This document shows positions 18,766 to 28,391 of a DNA stretch of 64,000 nt, piece by piece; the stretch's first letter is position 1; each line of letters starts with the position of its first letter. The notes beneath the pieces are model-generated. The model ran no database searches. It saw only the letters and a program-made list of their open reading frames with translations, and was not told the origin of the DNA. Both the position numbers and the translations under genes were made by a program. The DNA is from an uncultured Verrucomicrobiae bacterium. Lineage in GTDB: Bacteria; Verrucomicrobiota; Verrucomicrobiia; Chthoniobacterales; JAATET01. The stretch is from the NCBI GenBank assembly GCA_963719495.1, contig CAVRCI010000003.1:32001-96000 (forward strand), in the 5' to 3' direction.

Positions 18766-21105
18766 ATGACCATTCGCCCCCTCTTCGCACTCGCGGCCTC
18801 CGCCCTCCTCACCACCGCCTCCGCGGAGACGGGAGCGGACCTTGCCGCGCAATATCGCGAGACGCCCGACACGCATCCGCTGCTCCCGAACGTCTCCTAC
18901 GCCGGGTATCGCGCCGGGGAAATGGCTCCCCCGACGGTGCCGGTCGTCGTCAACCTGCGGGACTTCGGCGGCAAGGGCGATGGCAAGACGGATAATCGCG
19001 ACGCGTTTCGGGCGGCGATCGAGGCGGCGTGGCAGAAGGGCGGCGGCGCGGTGGAGATTCCCAACGGCACCTACGCCGTAGACGGACTGATCCTGCTGGA
19101 CCGCGACGGCGTCGTGCTGCGGGGCGAGAGCCGGGACGGAACCATCATCAAATTCACCCGCCCCCTGGCCGACATCCTCGGCGCGCCCGGGCACGGTTCT
19201 TCGCCGTGGAACTGGAGCGGCGGCCTCCTCTGGATGGGCCCGGGCGACCGATTCCTCGCGGACAAGGACGGGACGTGGAAGCACGACAAGACACCCCCAG
19301 CCGACTCGAAGTCCCGCAGCGCGTGGGAATTGGTCGGTGCCGCGGAAAAGCTCGCCGCGGTGAAGGACACCCCCAAACGCGGTGAGACGGTGGTGACCGT
19401 CGACGACGCCTCGCGGCTGCAGCCGGGTGCCCTGCTGAACCTCGTCTGGAACAACCCGACCGACAACTCGCTCTGGCGCGAGATCGGGCAGGACGAGTCG
19501 TTCAACGATTACGACTTCGGCGACGTGTTGAGCGATCCGGCGCGGAAGCCGCGGCTTTTCTGGACCGTGAAGATCGCCGCCATCGACGGCAACAAGGTGA
19601 CGCTCGCACAGCCCCTCCGGGTCGACGTGCGCCCGGAGTGGGAGGTTGCCTTCTTCGATCCGGGTGCGCTCCTCACGGAGGCTGGCGTTGAAAATCTCAC
19701 CATCGAACTCGATGCCCGCGCGGAGCTGGGTCACAACGCGGGCCTCGGTTGGAACGGCATCTTCGTCAACCGCGCGTGGAATTGCTGGGTGCGCAACGTG
19801 ACGGTGAAAAATGGCGAGTGCGGCATTCACGTCGCGGGTGCCAAAAATGTCTCTCTGCTCGACACCAAGGTCACCGGCGACCGCCCCATGCACCACCCCT
19901 ACACCGTGCGCTCGCAGGCGCAGGACATCCTCACCGACGGCTTCGAGATCGACGTGAAGGGTCAGGTGATGCACGGCATCAACATCGAAAGCCGCGCCGC
20001 CGGCTGCGTCTGGACGCGCGGCGTGATGAACGCGGGCACCTTCGACTCGCACCGGGCGATGCCGTTCGACTACGTGCGCACCGACATCGACGTGGCCAAC
20101 ACCGAGGACTCCTGGCCGGGTGGCGCGAAAAAAGCCGGTCCCTACACCGGTCGTCGCGCCGTCAATTGGAACATCCGCATCAAGGATTCCAACCGCCCCG
20201 AAGCCGAGAGCGCCATCTACATCAACCACCCCCGCACCTACACCTACGGTGCGCTGGTCGGCATCCAGGGCGGCCCGCTCTTCGAGGGCGAAGGCATCGC
20301 GATGCCCGCGCCGGAGAAAATCAAGAACGTCGTCAACGCCGACGACGGCACCGTGCCGGATCCGGCCAACCTCTACGACTTTCAGCGCGACGTGCGGCGG
20401 GAGCGCGACGGCTGGGTGCGGCTCGCGAGTCCGACCACCGGTATTGTCTCGCCCGGCGACATCACGCTCTCGGCGGCGGGTGGCCCCGCGGGTGGCGGTG
20501 CCGTGAAGGAATACAAATACCTCATCAATGGCGAGGCCGTCGGCACCGGATCGGGGACGGCCCCGGACTTTGTCTGGAAGAACGCTCCCGCCGGTGATTA
20601 CACGGTGGTCGTCGAAGCCACCGACGAGGCGGGCCAGACGCTCGCCTCCGCGCCGAGCCGCCTCGTCGTGGGCACGCGTCGCCGGGTGCAGGAGTCCGAT
20701 CCAGCCATCGAATACATCGGCGAAAAATGGGAAACCGAGGAAAATCCCGCCTTCGACGGCGGTGCCGCCGAAGTGAGCAAGGCCGACGAATCGGCGATTG
20801 AATTCAAATTCACCGGCACCCGGGTTCGCCTCTTCACTCTGCACAACAACAACTCGCAGATTTTGAAATTCTACATCGACGACCTGACCACTCCGGTCGC
20901 CGAGGCCAAGATCCACGGCGGGCAGGCCTACTACGATTATCTCGGCTGGGACTCCGGCCCGCTCCCCGCCGGCCCGCACGTGCTCCGCATCGAGGCGGAA
21001 CGCCGATTGCTCGTGGATTACCTCGAGGTGGTGGATACCAGCGGTGGCGGCGAGGGCGACGGCGAGGGCAACGGCGAGGGCGGCGGCGAGGGCGGCGCGC
21101 CTTGA
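18766..21105 (+). CDS. Secreted beta-helix glycan enzyme, paralog 2, with Ig-like and galactose-binding-like C-terminal domains
   Basis: Signal peptide MTIRPLFALAAS; HPLLPNVSYAGY, GGKGDGKTDN, GTFDSH; C-terminal FKFTGT..GPHVLRI. Confidence 0.87.
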   Translation: MTIRPLFALAASALLTTASAETGADLAAQYRETPDTHPLLPNVSYAGYRAGEMAPPTVPVVVNLRDFGGKGDGKTDNRDAFRAAIEAAWQKGGGAVEIPNGTYAVDGLILLDRDGVVLRGESRDGTIIKFTRPLADILGAPGHGSSPWNWSGGLLWMGPGDRFLADKDGTWKHDKTPPADSKSRSAWELVGAAEKLAAVKDTPKRGETVVTVDDASRLQPGALLNLVWNNPTDNSLWREIGQDESFNDYDFGDVLSDPARKPRLFWTVKIAAIDGNKVTLAQPLRVDVRPEWEVAFFDPGALLTEAGVENLTIELDARAELGHNAGLGWNGIFVNRAWNCWVRNVTVKNGECGIHVAGAKNVSLLDTKVTGDRPMHHPYTVRSQAQDILTDGFEIDVKGQVMHGINIESRAAGCVWTRGVMNAGTFDSHRAMPFDYVRTDIDVANTEDSWPGGAKKAGPYTGRRAVNWNIRIKDSNRPEAESAIYINHPRTYTYGALVGIQGGPLFEGEGIAMPAPEKIKNVVNADDGTVPDPANLYDFQRDVRRERDGWVRLASPTTGIVSPGDITLSAAGGPAGGGAVKEYKYLINGEAVGTGSGTAPDFVWKNAPAGDYTVVVEATDEAGQTLASAPSRLVVGTRRRVQESDPAIEYIGEKWETEENPAFDGGAAEVSKADESAIEFKFTGTRVRLFTLHNNNSQILKFYIDDLTTPVAEAKIHGGQAYYDYLGWDSGPLPAGPHVLRIEAERRLLVDYLEVVDTSGGGEGDGEGNGEGGGEGGAP
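21049..21096 (+). repeat. 4 x 12-bp coding microsatellite (GGCGAGGGCRRC) giving a GEGx tail
   Basis: Directly visible tandem units. Confidence 0.8.
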
Positions 21106-21116
21106 GCGGAGCACCC

Positions 21117-21140
21117 GGGTCTCCTCACGTCGACCACTAC
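21117..21140. repeat. GTAG-type REP half element
   Basis: GGGTCTCCTCACGTCGACCACTAC, one mismatch to 30471-30494 and to the reverse complement of 47040-47063. Confidence 0.75.
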
Positions 21141-21157
21141 GGCGGGGGCTGGGTAAT

Positions 21158-21210
21158 TCTACACGTATAGCATCCCCGACTTTGCCGGTTCGGGGACGGT
21201 GCGGCACACT
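21158..21210 (+). promoter_or_regulatory. Site TCTACACGTATA (21158-21169) plus promoter
   Basis: TTGCCG(21182)-N17-CACACT(21205); ATG at 21217. Confidence 0.75.
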
Positions 21211-21216
21211 GCCGCG

Positions 21217-23136
21217 ATGAAGAAATCCCCGCTTCCCCTCCTCGCGCTCCTGGCGCTCGCGCCCGCCGTCTTCGCCGCCGACATCGTCTACGAGGCCGAA
21301 GGCCAATCGCGGGTGCGGCCCGTCGCGATGCCGGAGAAGCTCACCAATCCCTGGTCGGACGAACTGGAGAAGGAGTTTTGGACGCGCGCGAACGTCTCCA
21401 TCGACGCCTACGAAGGCAAAGGCTACGGCGGCACCTTCTTCGAGAATGAGAAGCGATCCTACCCGATTGCGATGATGGATTTCCTGGCCGGCAACCGCGA
21501 GAACGCGCTGAAATTTCTCCAAGCGGAGGACGCCGACGCCAAACGCTGGCATGGGCACACGGAGGGCATCGACCTTTTCCCCAGCTTCACGCTCAAGGCG
21601 CAGATGCGGAAGTATTTCTACTTCGGCCAATTCCTCGACGGCGACTACCGCCAGCGCATGAAGAAGGCCTTCGGCAAACTCACTGAAAAGGAGCCTCTGC
21701 GCCGCCCGCACGACGCCTTCGAGGGCGCAGGTGACGGGTGGACGCCCGAGGTGATGAACAGTTGGGTCGACGTGCGCGGCACCGACAACCTGCGCTTCAT
21801 GCGCGACACGTCCGTTTACCTGATGGCCGAGGAGTCGGGCAACGACGAGGTCCGCGACCTCTACCGCGACAAACTCGTCGAGCACGTGCGCGCGATGTTC
21901 ACGATGGGGATGGGCGAATGGGACTCGGAAAATTACCTCGGGCATTCCTTCGAGGCGTGGCTCAACCTTTACGACTTCGCCCAGGACGAGCAGATGCGGC
22001 TGCTCGGGAAAGGTGCGCTGGACTGGATCTCCGCCGCCGCCGCGGTGAAGTATTTTCACGGCGGCTTCAACGGCCCGACCAAGCGCGATTACTACCACAT
22101 GCGGCCCTTCAGCGCGGCGGCTGCCGTGTTCGGTCTCTACTTCGGCGACTCCGCCGCGGAACCCGAGGCCGACTACGACCACGTCTATCTCCTCACCAGC
22201 AACTACCGACCGCCGCAGGCCGTGGTCGGACTCGCCCGCAAGGAATTCGACAAGCCGGTCGAGTTGCAGCTCTCGCACCCCACCTACGAGCACTTCCAGG
22301 AAGGCAAGGACGCCGCGCCGGAATTCTTCGAGTTTCAATTTATCGCCGACACCTGCCAGCTCGGTTCACTGCCGACCGGCAACACCGGCGACGCCAACGG
22401 CCTCAAGCTCATCGCCGTGCACCCGGAGCGCGGTATCGTTTACTTCGTGCCCGCCTCCGGTGAAGCCGGGACCAAGATCACAACCAGCACGAACGGCAAG
22501 GACCACGTCGCGCAAAATCGCAACCTCATCCTCTTTCTCAACGGCGATGGCAAAGCACCGTTCCGGTTTTTCGTTCCCACCGACGCGAAACGCGAAAACA
22601 CCGACGGCGTCACGTTTTTCCAACTTGCGAAGACGTGGATCGCCATCCGCCCCATCGCGATGAAAATCGGCGGCCGCGACGCCGAGGCGACGAAGACCGT
22701 GCAGGAAAAACAGAAATACTCCGAAGCCGAAATCCTCACCGGGGAGGGTAACGGGAAAAATTTCTGCGGCTTCGCGATGGAAGTCGGCGAGAAGGGAACG
22801 CACGGCGACTACGGCAAGTTCAAGCGGGCCGTGCTCGAGAAGTCCCGCGTCGACCTCGACCGCCTCGACGACGGCGCGGCTGAATTCACCGGTGCCAACG
22901 GCGACACCGTCCGCATCCAGATCAACGCCGACGGCCTGCCCACCGTCTGGCGCAACGGGAAGGAACACGACTGGAAAGCCCACTGGGCGCCCTACCAGCC
23001 GACCGACGGCGGCAACGCCCCCATCCGCGAAGAATGGAAGAGCGGCAAACTCCACGTCGAGGCGGGCGCACACACCTTCGAGGGCCGGATCGACGAAGCC
23101 GGGCACTACACCTTCACGAACGAACGAGCGAAGTGA
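21217..23136 (+). CDS. Secreted hypothetical protein, probably with an alpha/alpha-toroid lyase (heparinase-like) architecture
   Basis: Signal peptide; GTDNL..M and GMGEWDSENY motifs; helical N-half and beta-rich C-half. Confidence 0.75.
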   Translation: MKKSPLPLLALLALAPAVFAADIVYEAEGQSRVRPVAMPEKLTNPWSDELEKEFWTRANVSIDAYEGKGYGGTFFENEKRSYPIAMMDFLAGNRENALKFLQAEDADAKRWHGHTEGIDLFPSFTLKAQMRKYFYFGQFLDGDYRQRMKKAFGKLTEKEPLRRPHDAFEGAGDGWTPEVMNSWVDVRGTDNLRFMRDTSVYLMAEESGNDEVRDLYRDKLVEHVRAMFTMGMGEWDSENYLGHSFEAWLNLYDFAQDEQMRLLGKGALDWISAAAAVKYFHGGFNGPTKRDYYHMRPFSAAAAVFGLYFGDSAAEPEADYDHVYLLTSNYRPPQAVVGLARKEFDKPVELQLSHPTYEHFQEGKDAAPEFFEFQFIADTCQLGSLPTGNTGDANGLKLIAVHPERGIVYFVPASGEAGTKITTSTNGKDHVAQNRNLILFLNGDGKAPFRFFVPTDAKRENTDGVTFFQLAKTWIAIRPIAMKIGGRDAEATKTVQEKQKYSEAEILTGEGNGKNFCGFAMEVGEKGTHGDYGKFKRAVLEKSRVDLDRLDDGAAEFTGANGDTVRIQINADGLPTVWRNGKEHDWKAHWAPYQPTDGGNAPIREEWKSGKLHVEAGAHTFEGRIDEAGHYTFTNERAK

Positions 23137-23150
23137 ACCCACGGCTTGCC

Positions 23151-24731
23151 ATGACTATCTCCCGACCCCTCGTCCTCGCCACGGCGGCGGGAGCGCTGTT
23201 CTCGTTCACCACCCTCCCCCTGCGGGCCCAGAACGATCCCTTCACCGAAGTCCAGGTGAACGTCCTGCCGAAGAAGGGGATGAAGTTCGATCCGCTGGCG
23301 ATCTACCGCGAGGATCAGGCCGTGTTGCAGGGCGCGTTTGGCACGAGCGCGGACGACACGGTCACCGATTTGGCGACGCTCCCCGACGGACGCGTCCTGG
23401 CCATCGGGACGCTCGGCGCGCCCGCCGAGGCGGCGAAGCGTTTTCCCGTCACGATGGCGGACGGGGTCGGCGCGACGGGATCGGCGTTTCTCGCGGTCTT
23501 TGATCCGACCTTCCGCCAGATGGAGCGGCTGGTTCCGCTTCCCAAGGACATCACGCGCCCCGCGTGCATCCGGGTTGCCCCGGACGGCACGGTGTTTGTC
23601 GGCGGCGATGCCGCGGCTGTGGACCGCCTCGCCGTGATGAAATTTTCGCCAGCTCTCGACGTCATGCTCTGGCGCGCCGACGCGGTTGGTGACCGCATGA
23701 CCGGCCTCGCGCTCATGCCCGACGGCTCCGTCGTCGTCGCCCCGGATCAAGCGCCCTTCATCTCACGCATCCGCGCCGACGGCGGTGGCCTCATTCCGTT
23801 CGGGAACGAAAAACACTTCCGCGTGGATGGGGCCAATCCGCAGGTGGCGGACAAATACTGGGGCGGCAACGGCTACTCGGACCTCGGATATCGCGGCTGC
23901 ACGTATCAGCGAGGCGGCTCCGGCGGGATCGGCGTGACCGCGGACGGCAACCTCGTCTTCTTCACGAGTAATTTCGTGAGGCTGCCCGACGGCAGTCCGG
24001 ACTTCGATCCGATGCTGCTGAAGTTCACGCCGTCCGGCGAATTACTCTGGGCCAGGAACCTGCTCCAGGGCCTGCCATCCCCGTCGGACCAGAAGTCGCC
24101 CTACCTCACCGTCGATCCGCACTCAGGCGATCTGCTGCTCACCCTACGCCAGCACGGAAGCTTTGCGAACAACATGGCCGTCGGTCCGCAAGCCTACCTC
24201 ACCACGGAATCCTGGCTCACCGGCAACATCATGATCGGCTGGATCGCCCGGGTCGACGCGGGCACCGGCGACGTGAAAGCGGGCACGATGTATTTCCCCG
24301 ACATGGGCCGGCCGCCGAAGGGCGGGAAGCGCACCGCGAACTCGCTCTTCCCCTCCGCCGTGCGCGCCGACGCGGCCGGTCGCATCTACGTGACTGGTGC
24401 GACGGCCTACAAGCTCACCACCACCCGGCACGCCTTTCAGCCCGAGCCGCTGGGCGGCAGCGGATTCCTCACCGTCTTCGATCCCGATCTTTCGCGCGTC
24501 CTCTACGCGAATTTGCTCACAGGTCAGGGATTCAACCTCCAGGGAACGGCGCTCACGGTGACGGACGGCGGCCCGATCGTCGCGGCCGCTCTCAAGCGCG
24601 GCGCCAAACCACCCTTCGGATTCGTGGCGGCCAACGCGGAGAAAACCGACTTTCTCTCGCCCGAACCGACGGGCGAAAAAGACGCGATGCTCTCGCTGTT
24701 CCCCTCCCAAACGTGGTTCGCCGAAGACTGA
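23151..24731 (+). CDS. Secreted beta-propeller (SBBP-like repeat) protein
   Basis: Signal peptide; DAAGRIYVTGAT...TT..AFQ and GFLTVFDPDLS..LYA repeats. Confidence 0.8.
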   Translation: MTISRPLVLATAAGALFSFTTLPLRAQNDPFTEVQVNVLPKKGMKFDPLAIYREDQAVLQGAFGTSADDTVTDLATLPDGRVLAIGTLGAPAEAAKRFPVTMADGVGATGSAFLAVFDPTFRQMERLVPLPKDITRPACIRVAPDGTVFVGGDAAAVDRLAVMKFSPALDVMLWRADAVGDRMTGLALMPDGSVVVAPDQAPFISRIRADGGGLIPFGNEKHFRVDGANPQVADKYWGGNGYSDLGYRGCTYQRGGSGGIGVTADGNLVFFTSNFVRLPDGSPDFDPMLLKFTPSGELLWARNLLQGLPSPSDQKSPYLTVDPHSGDLLLTLRQHGSFANNMAVGPQAYLTTESWLTGNIMIGWIARVDAGTGDVKAGTMYFPDMGRPPKGGKRTANSLFPSAVRADAAGRIYVTGATAYKLTTTRHAFQPEPLGGSGFLTVFDPDLSRVLYANLLTGQGFNLQGTALTVTDGGPIVAAALKRGAKPPFGFVAANAEKTDFLSPEPTGEKDAMLSLFPSQTWFAED

Positions 24732-25523
24732 ACTCAAACGGGGAGAGGACGTCTCGTCCTCTCGATCCAGACGTGAGGACGAGACGTCCTCACTCCGCTT
24801 ATCCGACTACCTCGTGGGCGGCAGATCGGTCGTCGAGATCGCCACGTCGCGGATCCCCACCACCCCGCGACCAAGCAACCGGATGGCGAAAAAGACGCAA
24901 TGCTCTCGCTGTTCCCCTCCCAAACGTGGTTCGCCGAAGACTGAACTCAAACGGGGAGAGGACGTCTCGTCCTCTCGATCCAGACGTGAGGACGAGACGT
25001 CCTCACTCCGCTTATCCGACTACTTCGTGGGCGGCAGATCGGTCGTCGAGATCGCCACGTCTCGGATCCCCACCACCCCGCGACCAAGCAACCGGATGGC
25101 GAAAAAGACGCGATGCTCTCGCTGTTCCCCTCCCAAACGTGGTTCGCCGAAGACTGAGCTCAAACGGGGAGAGGACGTCTCGTCCTCTCGATCCAGACGT
25201 GAGGACGAGACGTCCTCACTCCGCTTATCCGACTACTTCGTGGGCGGCAGATCGGTCGTCGAGATCGCCACGTCGCGGATCCCCACCACCCCGCGACCAA
25301 GCAACCGGATGGCGAAAAAGACGCAATGCTCTCGCTGTTCCCCTCCCAAACGTGGTTCGCCGAAGACTGAACTCAAACGGGGAGAGGACGTCTCGTCCTC
25401 TCGATCCAGACGTGAGGACGAGACGTCCTCACTCCGCTTATCCGACTACTTCGTGGGCGGCAGATCGGTCGTCGAGATCGCCACGTCTCGGATCCCCACC
25501 ACCCCGCGACCAAGCAACCGGAT
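24672..25523. repeat. Tandem repeat, 4 x 213 bp, spanning the 3' ends of two convergent genes
   Basis: CCGAAGACTG recurs at 24721, 24934, 25147 and 25360; each unit has a 17-bp perfect inverted repeat (first copy 24745-24761 / 24775-24791). Confidence 0.97.
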
Positions 25524-27614
25524 GAATAGCCTGCCCCCACTGGAACGCGGATACTCGCCCTTCGGCACGACGGCTTCGTAGGAGATCCAAGCCCCCGCCG
25601 GCATCGGGACCAACGGCGGAAAGACCACGAGATTGCGCCCCCGCGCTTTCTTCCCCTCGTAATAGGCGGTGTCGTATTGCACTTCCAGCCGTGTGAATTG
25701 ACCTTCGACCCGGATCTGGAACGCCACCCGGAGGTTTTCGTCCACCGTCGCGGCCGCTTCCCGCCGACCGTCGGCGGCAAAAAACGCAAACCCAACCCCC
25801 TGCCCGAAGGAAGTGACCCCGTCGCGCGGTCGGCGAAAGACACTGTGCCGCGCCGGATCGTGCCAGCTCTGCACGAACGTGGCCCCAAGGCCGGGATCGC
25901 CCGCGGTGGCGGGGATCACCTGAAAGAGGTCGAACGGAACGGGCGCGACCCCCCACGAGGCCGAAAGGCCGGGCAGACCGTCGCGCCGCCCCGGATCGAA
26001 CAAGCCCTCCGGTGGGTTCTCCGGATCCCAGGACGGCATGAGCCCAAAAGCCACGTCGGGACGGTTCGGGAAACCCGAACTGTTCTGACTGCTCCCACCC
26101 TGCTGCGTGAAGTAGCGCGAGGCATCCGCCGTCCCGCCCGCCGCCTTGTTCGCCGTGGGCACGGCGCAGAAGCTCACGTCGAGCGGCAGGGCCAGCTTCG
26201 ACACCGGTTCGGCGGCGGTGCTCCGCACCGGGGTGGGCGCGCCAAACTCGACGGCCCCTTTCGCCGTTCCGAGCGCGTAGAAGATCCGCCCGTCCGGGCT
26301 CGACCAGATGAGATCCACGATCCCGTCGGCGTTCCAATCGCAGGGCTGCGGCGCGCAGTAGGCGAGAAAAGCCGAGTCCTTCGTTCCCTCGAACGTGATC
26401 ACCTTCGAGTCGGTCATCGGCGTTTCGCCACTGGTCCAGCGCCCCTCCGCATTCGGGAAAACGGTGAGCAATCCCTCGCTGTCGTTCACGAACAGGTCGA
26501 AGTGCCCGTCGCCGTCCCAATCTGCCGCAAACGGAGCGAGAAACGTGCGCTCGCCACCCACCATGAGCAACTGCTCGCGGGGTTGACCGGTCGAACGGGA
26601 GGGGAACGTAAACAGCCGGATGGCGTTCACCGAATAGGTGCCTTCACCAACGAGAATGTCCCGGAGGCCGTCGCGGTTCCAGTCCACGACGAACGGCGTC
26701 GCGTAGTTCATGAACGCCACCGGCTCGTTCGTCGTCTTTCGGGTGACCAGGCTGTGCTGCGGCACGAGCTTGAGCACGATCCGATCATTGCTCTTCGAGT
26801 AGGTGCGGAAATCCGGCGCGCCGGGACGCCCGCCATTCAGCGCCAGATAAAGATTTCCCTGCGCGTCGCCCGCGACGAAATCCGCCATCCCATCCCCGTT
26901 CCAATCGCACGGCGCGGCCACGGCGCGCAGTTGCCGGTAGCCGTTGAGAACCGCCACCGTTGCCCCCGCCTCGCCGTCGGCCGCAACTTCCTCCCACGGA
27001 TACGGCAGCCCGGCTTCGGCCTCCTCCTCGATTTCGTCGTCGGCGCGCTGCTGGGCCGATGATCGTGATTTGTTCTCGCGTTTCAGCCGCTCGAGCGCGT
27101 CCTCGCGCTGCTTATCGATCCGTTCCTTCTGCCGCTCCTCGTTCCGCGTGAGCTGCTTTTTTTCCGTTCCCTCCAGTGTGATCGCGCGGAAGGTCGAGCG
27201 CTCGTTGTCGAGGAGGAGCGGCATCACCTCGCCGACGCCAAAGGCGGGCGAGCCGGGCGAGCCAACGTTTTTCCAAAACCAGAAAAACCCCGCGCCATCC
27301 GGCGACACCAGGTCCGGAAGGTTGTCGCCATCGAGATCGACGAGCGAAGCCGAGTGTCCCATCGGCGCGTAGGCAAACTGATTGCTCTTGTCGACGTGCA
27401 TGTTCACGCCCTCCACCGCCACCGATTTCCGCAACCAGCCGTACGCATCCACCCCCAACCACGGATACACCGCCTCGACCGTGCGCTCGAACCGTCCGTT
27501 CGCGAGGAAGTTCTCCCCGCTCATCCCGTCCATACTGCCGTTCCCCTGCGCCCAGGTGCCCCCCGCCGCCAACGCCAACGCAATGAGGCCGAAAATACCC
27601 CCGCGGACGCTCAC
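25446..27614 (-). CDS. Secreted FG-GAP/VCBS repeat protein
   Basis: GTG 27614 overlaps the vapC stop; signal peptide; five D-W/L-N/D-x-D-G/N-x-x-D repeats. Confidence 0.88.
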   Translation of the reverse strand: MSVRGGIFGLIALALAAGGTWAQGNGSMDGMSGENFLANGRFERTVEAVYPWLGVDAYGWLRKSVAVEGVNMHVDKSNQFAYAPMGHSASLVDLDGDNLPDLVSPDGAGFFWFWKNVGSPGSPAFGVGEVMPLLLDNERSTFRAITLEGTEKKQLTRNEERQKERIDKQREDALERLKRENKSRSSAQQRADDEIEEEAEAGLPYPWEEVAADGEAGATVAVLNGYRQLRAVAAPCDWNGDGMADFVAGDAQGNLYLALNGGRPGAPDFRTYSKSNDRIVLKLVPQHSLVTRKTTNEPVAFMNYATPFVVDWNRDGLRDILVGEGTYSVNAIRLFTFPSRSTGQPREQLLMVGGERTFLAPFAADWDGDGHFDLFVNDSEGLLTVFPNAEGRWTSGETPMTDSKVITFEGTKDSAFLAYCAPQPCDWNADGIVDLIWSSPDGRIFYALGTAKGAVEFGAPTPVRSTAAEPVSKLALPLDVSFCAVPTANKAAGGTADASRYFTQQGGSSQNSSGFPNRPDVAFGLMPSWDPENPPEGLFDPGRRDGLPGLSASWGVAPVPFDLFQVIPATAGDPGLGATFVQSWHDPARHSVFRRPRDGVTSFGQGVGFAFFAADGRREAAATVDENLRVAFQIRVEGQFTRLEVQYDTAYYEGKKARGRNLVVFPPLVPMPAGAWISYEAVVPKGEYPRSSGGRLFIRLLGRGVVGIRDVAISTTDLPPTK

Positions 27615-28054
27615 TCGAATCCCGCCACATCCAGGACGCGCAGCCCGACCTTCTCCGCGAGAATCCGTTGGCGGGCATCGAAGCTGATAAAAATCTCCGG
27701 TTCCAACTGCGCGGCACACGCGACGTGCAACACATCCAACGTCCGGCAACCCAGCTCCGGAGTGTGGGCGGAGAATTGCCGAAAGGACTCCATCAACGCC
27801 AAGCGGTCGATCTCTGGAAAATAGTAGAACCCTTGGTGTTTCCGGCGCTGGAAGAGCGCGATCTGCCCGTCCGCGTCCGTGACGCTGATATCGTTCCAAA
27901 AGACCTTGAGTCGCAACGCGTTGATCAACTCCGCTTCCTGTAATTCCCAGACCGGCAGCGGATCGTCCTGACCGACGACCAGCCGCTCCAACCCAACCGA
28001 ACCCGTCTCGAGCAGGTAAAGTTTGATCAGGGCGCTGGTGTCGAGATAGATCAC
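27611..28054 (-). CDS. vapC: Type II toxin, PIN domain (VapC family)
   Basis: IYLDTSALIKLYL.E, RTLDVLHVACA and FISFD.RQ motifs. Confidence 0.92.
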   Translation of the reverse strand: MIYLDTSALIKLYLLETGSVGLERLVVGQDDPLPVWELQEAELINALRLKVFWNDISVTDADGQIALFQRRKHQGFYYFPEIDRLALMESFRQFSAHTPELGCRTLDVLHVACAAQLEPEIFISFDARQRILAEKVGLRVLDVAGFE

Positions 28055-28284
28055 CAGCGGCCCTCGCGGTCGGCTCGCACGGTTTCAGCCCCGGATCGAC
28101 CCTTGCAGCGAAGAGCCGTTGCCAGGTGGTCCTCCCACTCGAGAATCTTTCGCGGCCCGGCGGGGACGAGTCTGACGGCGGGCTTGCCGCGATTGGAGAC
28201 TTCGAAGATCTCACCCTGCTTGACCCGCGCCTCGATAGTCGACCAATGCGCTTTCATCTCGCGAACCGAAATTGTCGTTATCAC
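28051..28284 (-). CDS. Type II antitoxin, Phd/YefM family
   Basis: ISVREMKAHWS...V.QGE...VSNRGKPAVRLVP; overlaps the toxin start. Confidence 0.9.
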   Translation of the reverse strand: MITTISVREMKAHWSTIEARVKQGEIFEVSNRGKPAVRLVPAGPRKILEWEDHLATALRCKGRSGAETVRADREGRW

Positions 28285-28391
28285 TAAAAATGGATATCAT
28301 AGGTGTTACAAAACGTCAAACTTCGGGAGTTTGCTCCGCCCCCCTCCGCCCCCCTCCGCTCCACTGACCGGCCCGATAGCGAGCGATTGCC

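Noticed and set aside
24672..25523. CRISPR array, or the repeat-protein ORFs 24713..25525 and 24814..25581
   Set aside because: Whole 213-bp units are near-identical with no unique spacers and no cas genes. The ORFs are open only because 213 is a multiple of 3.
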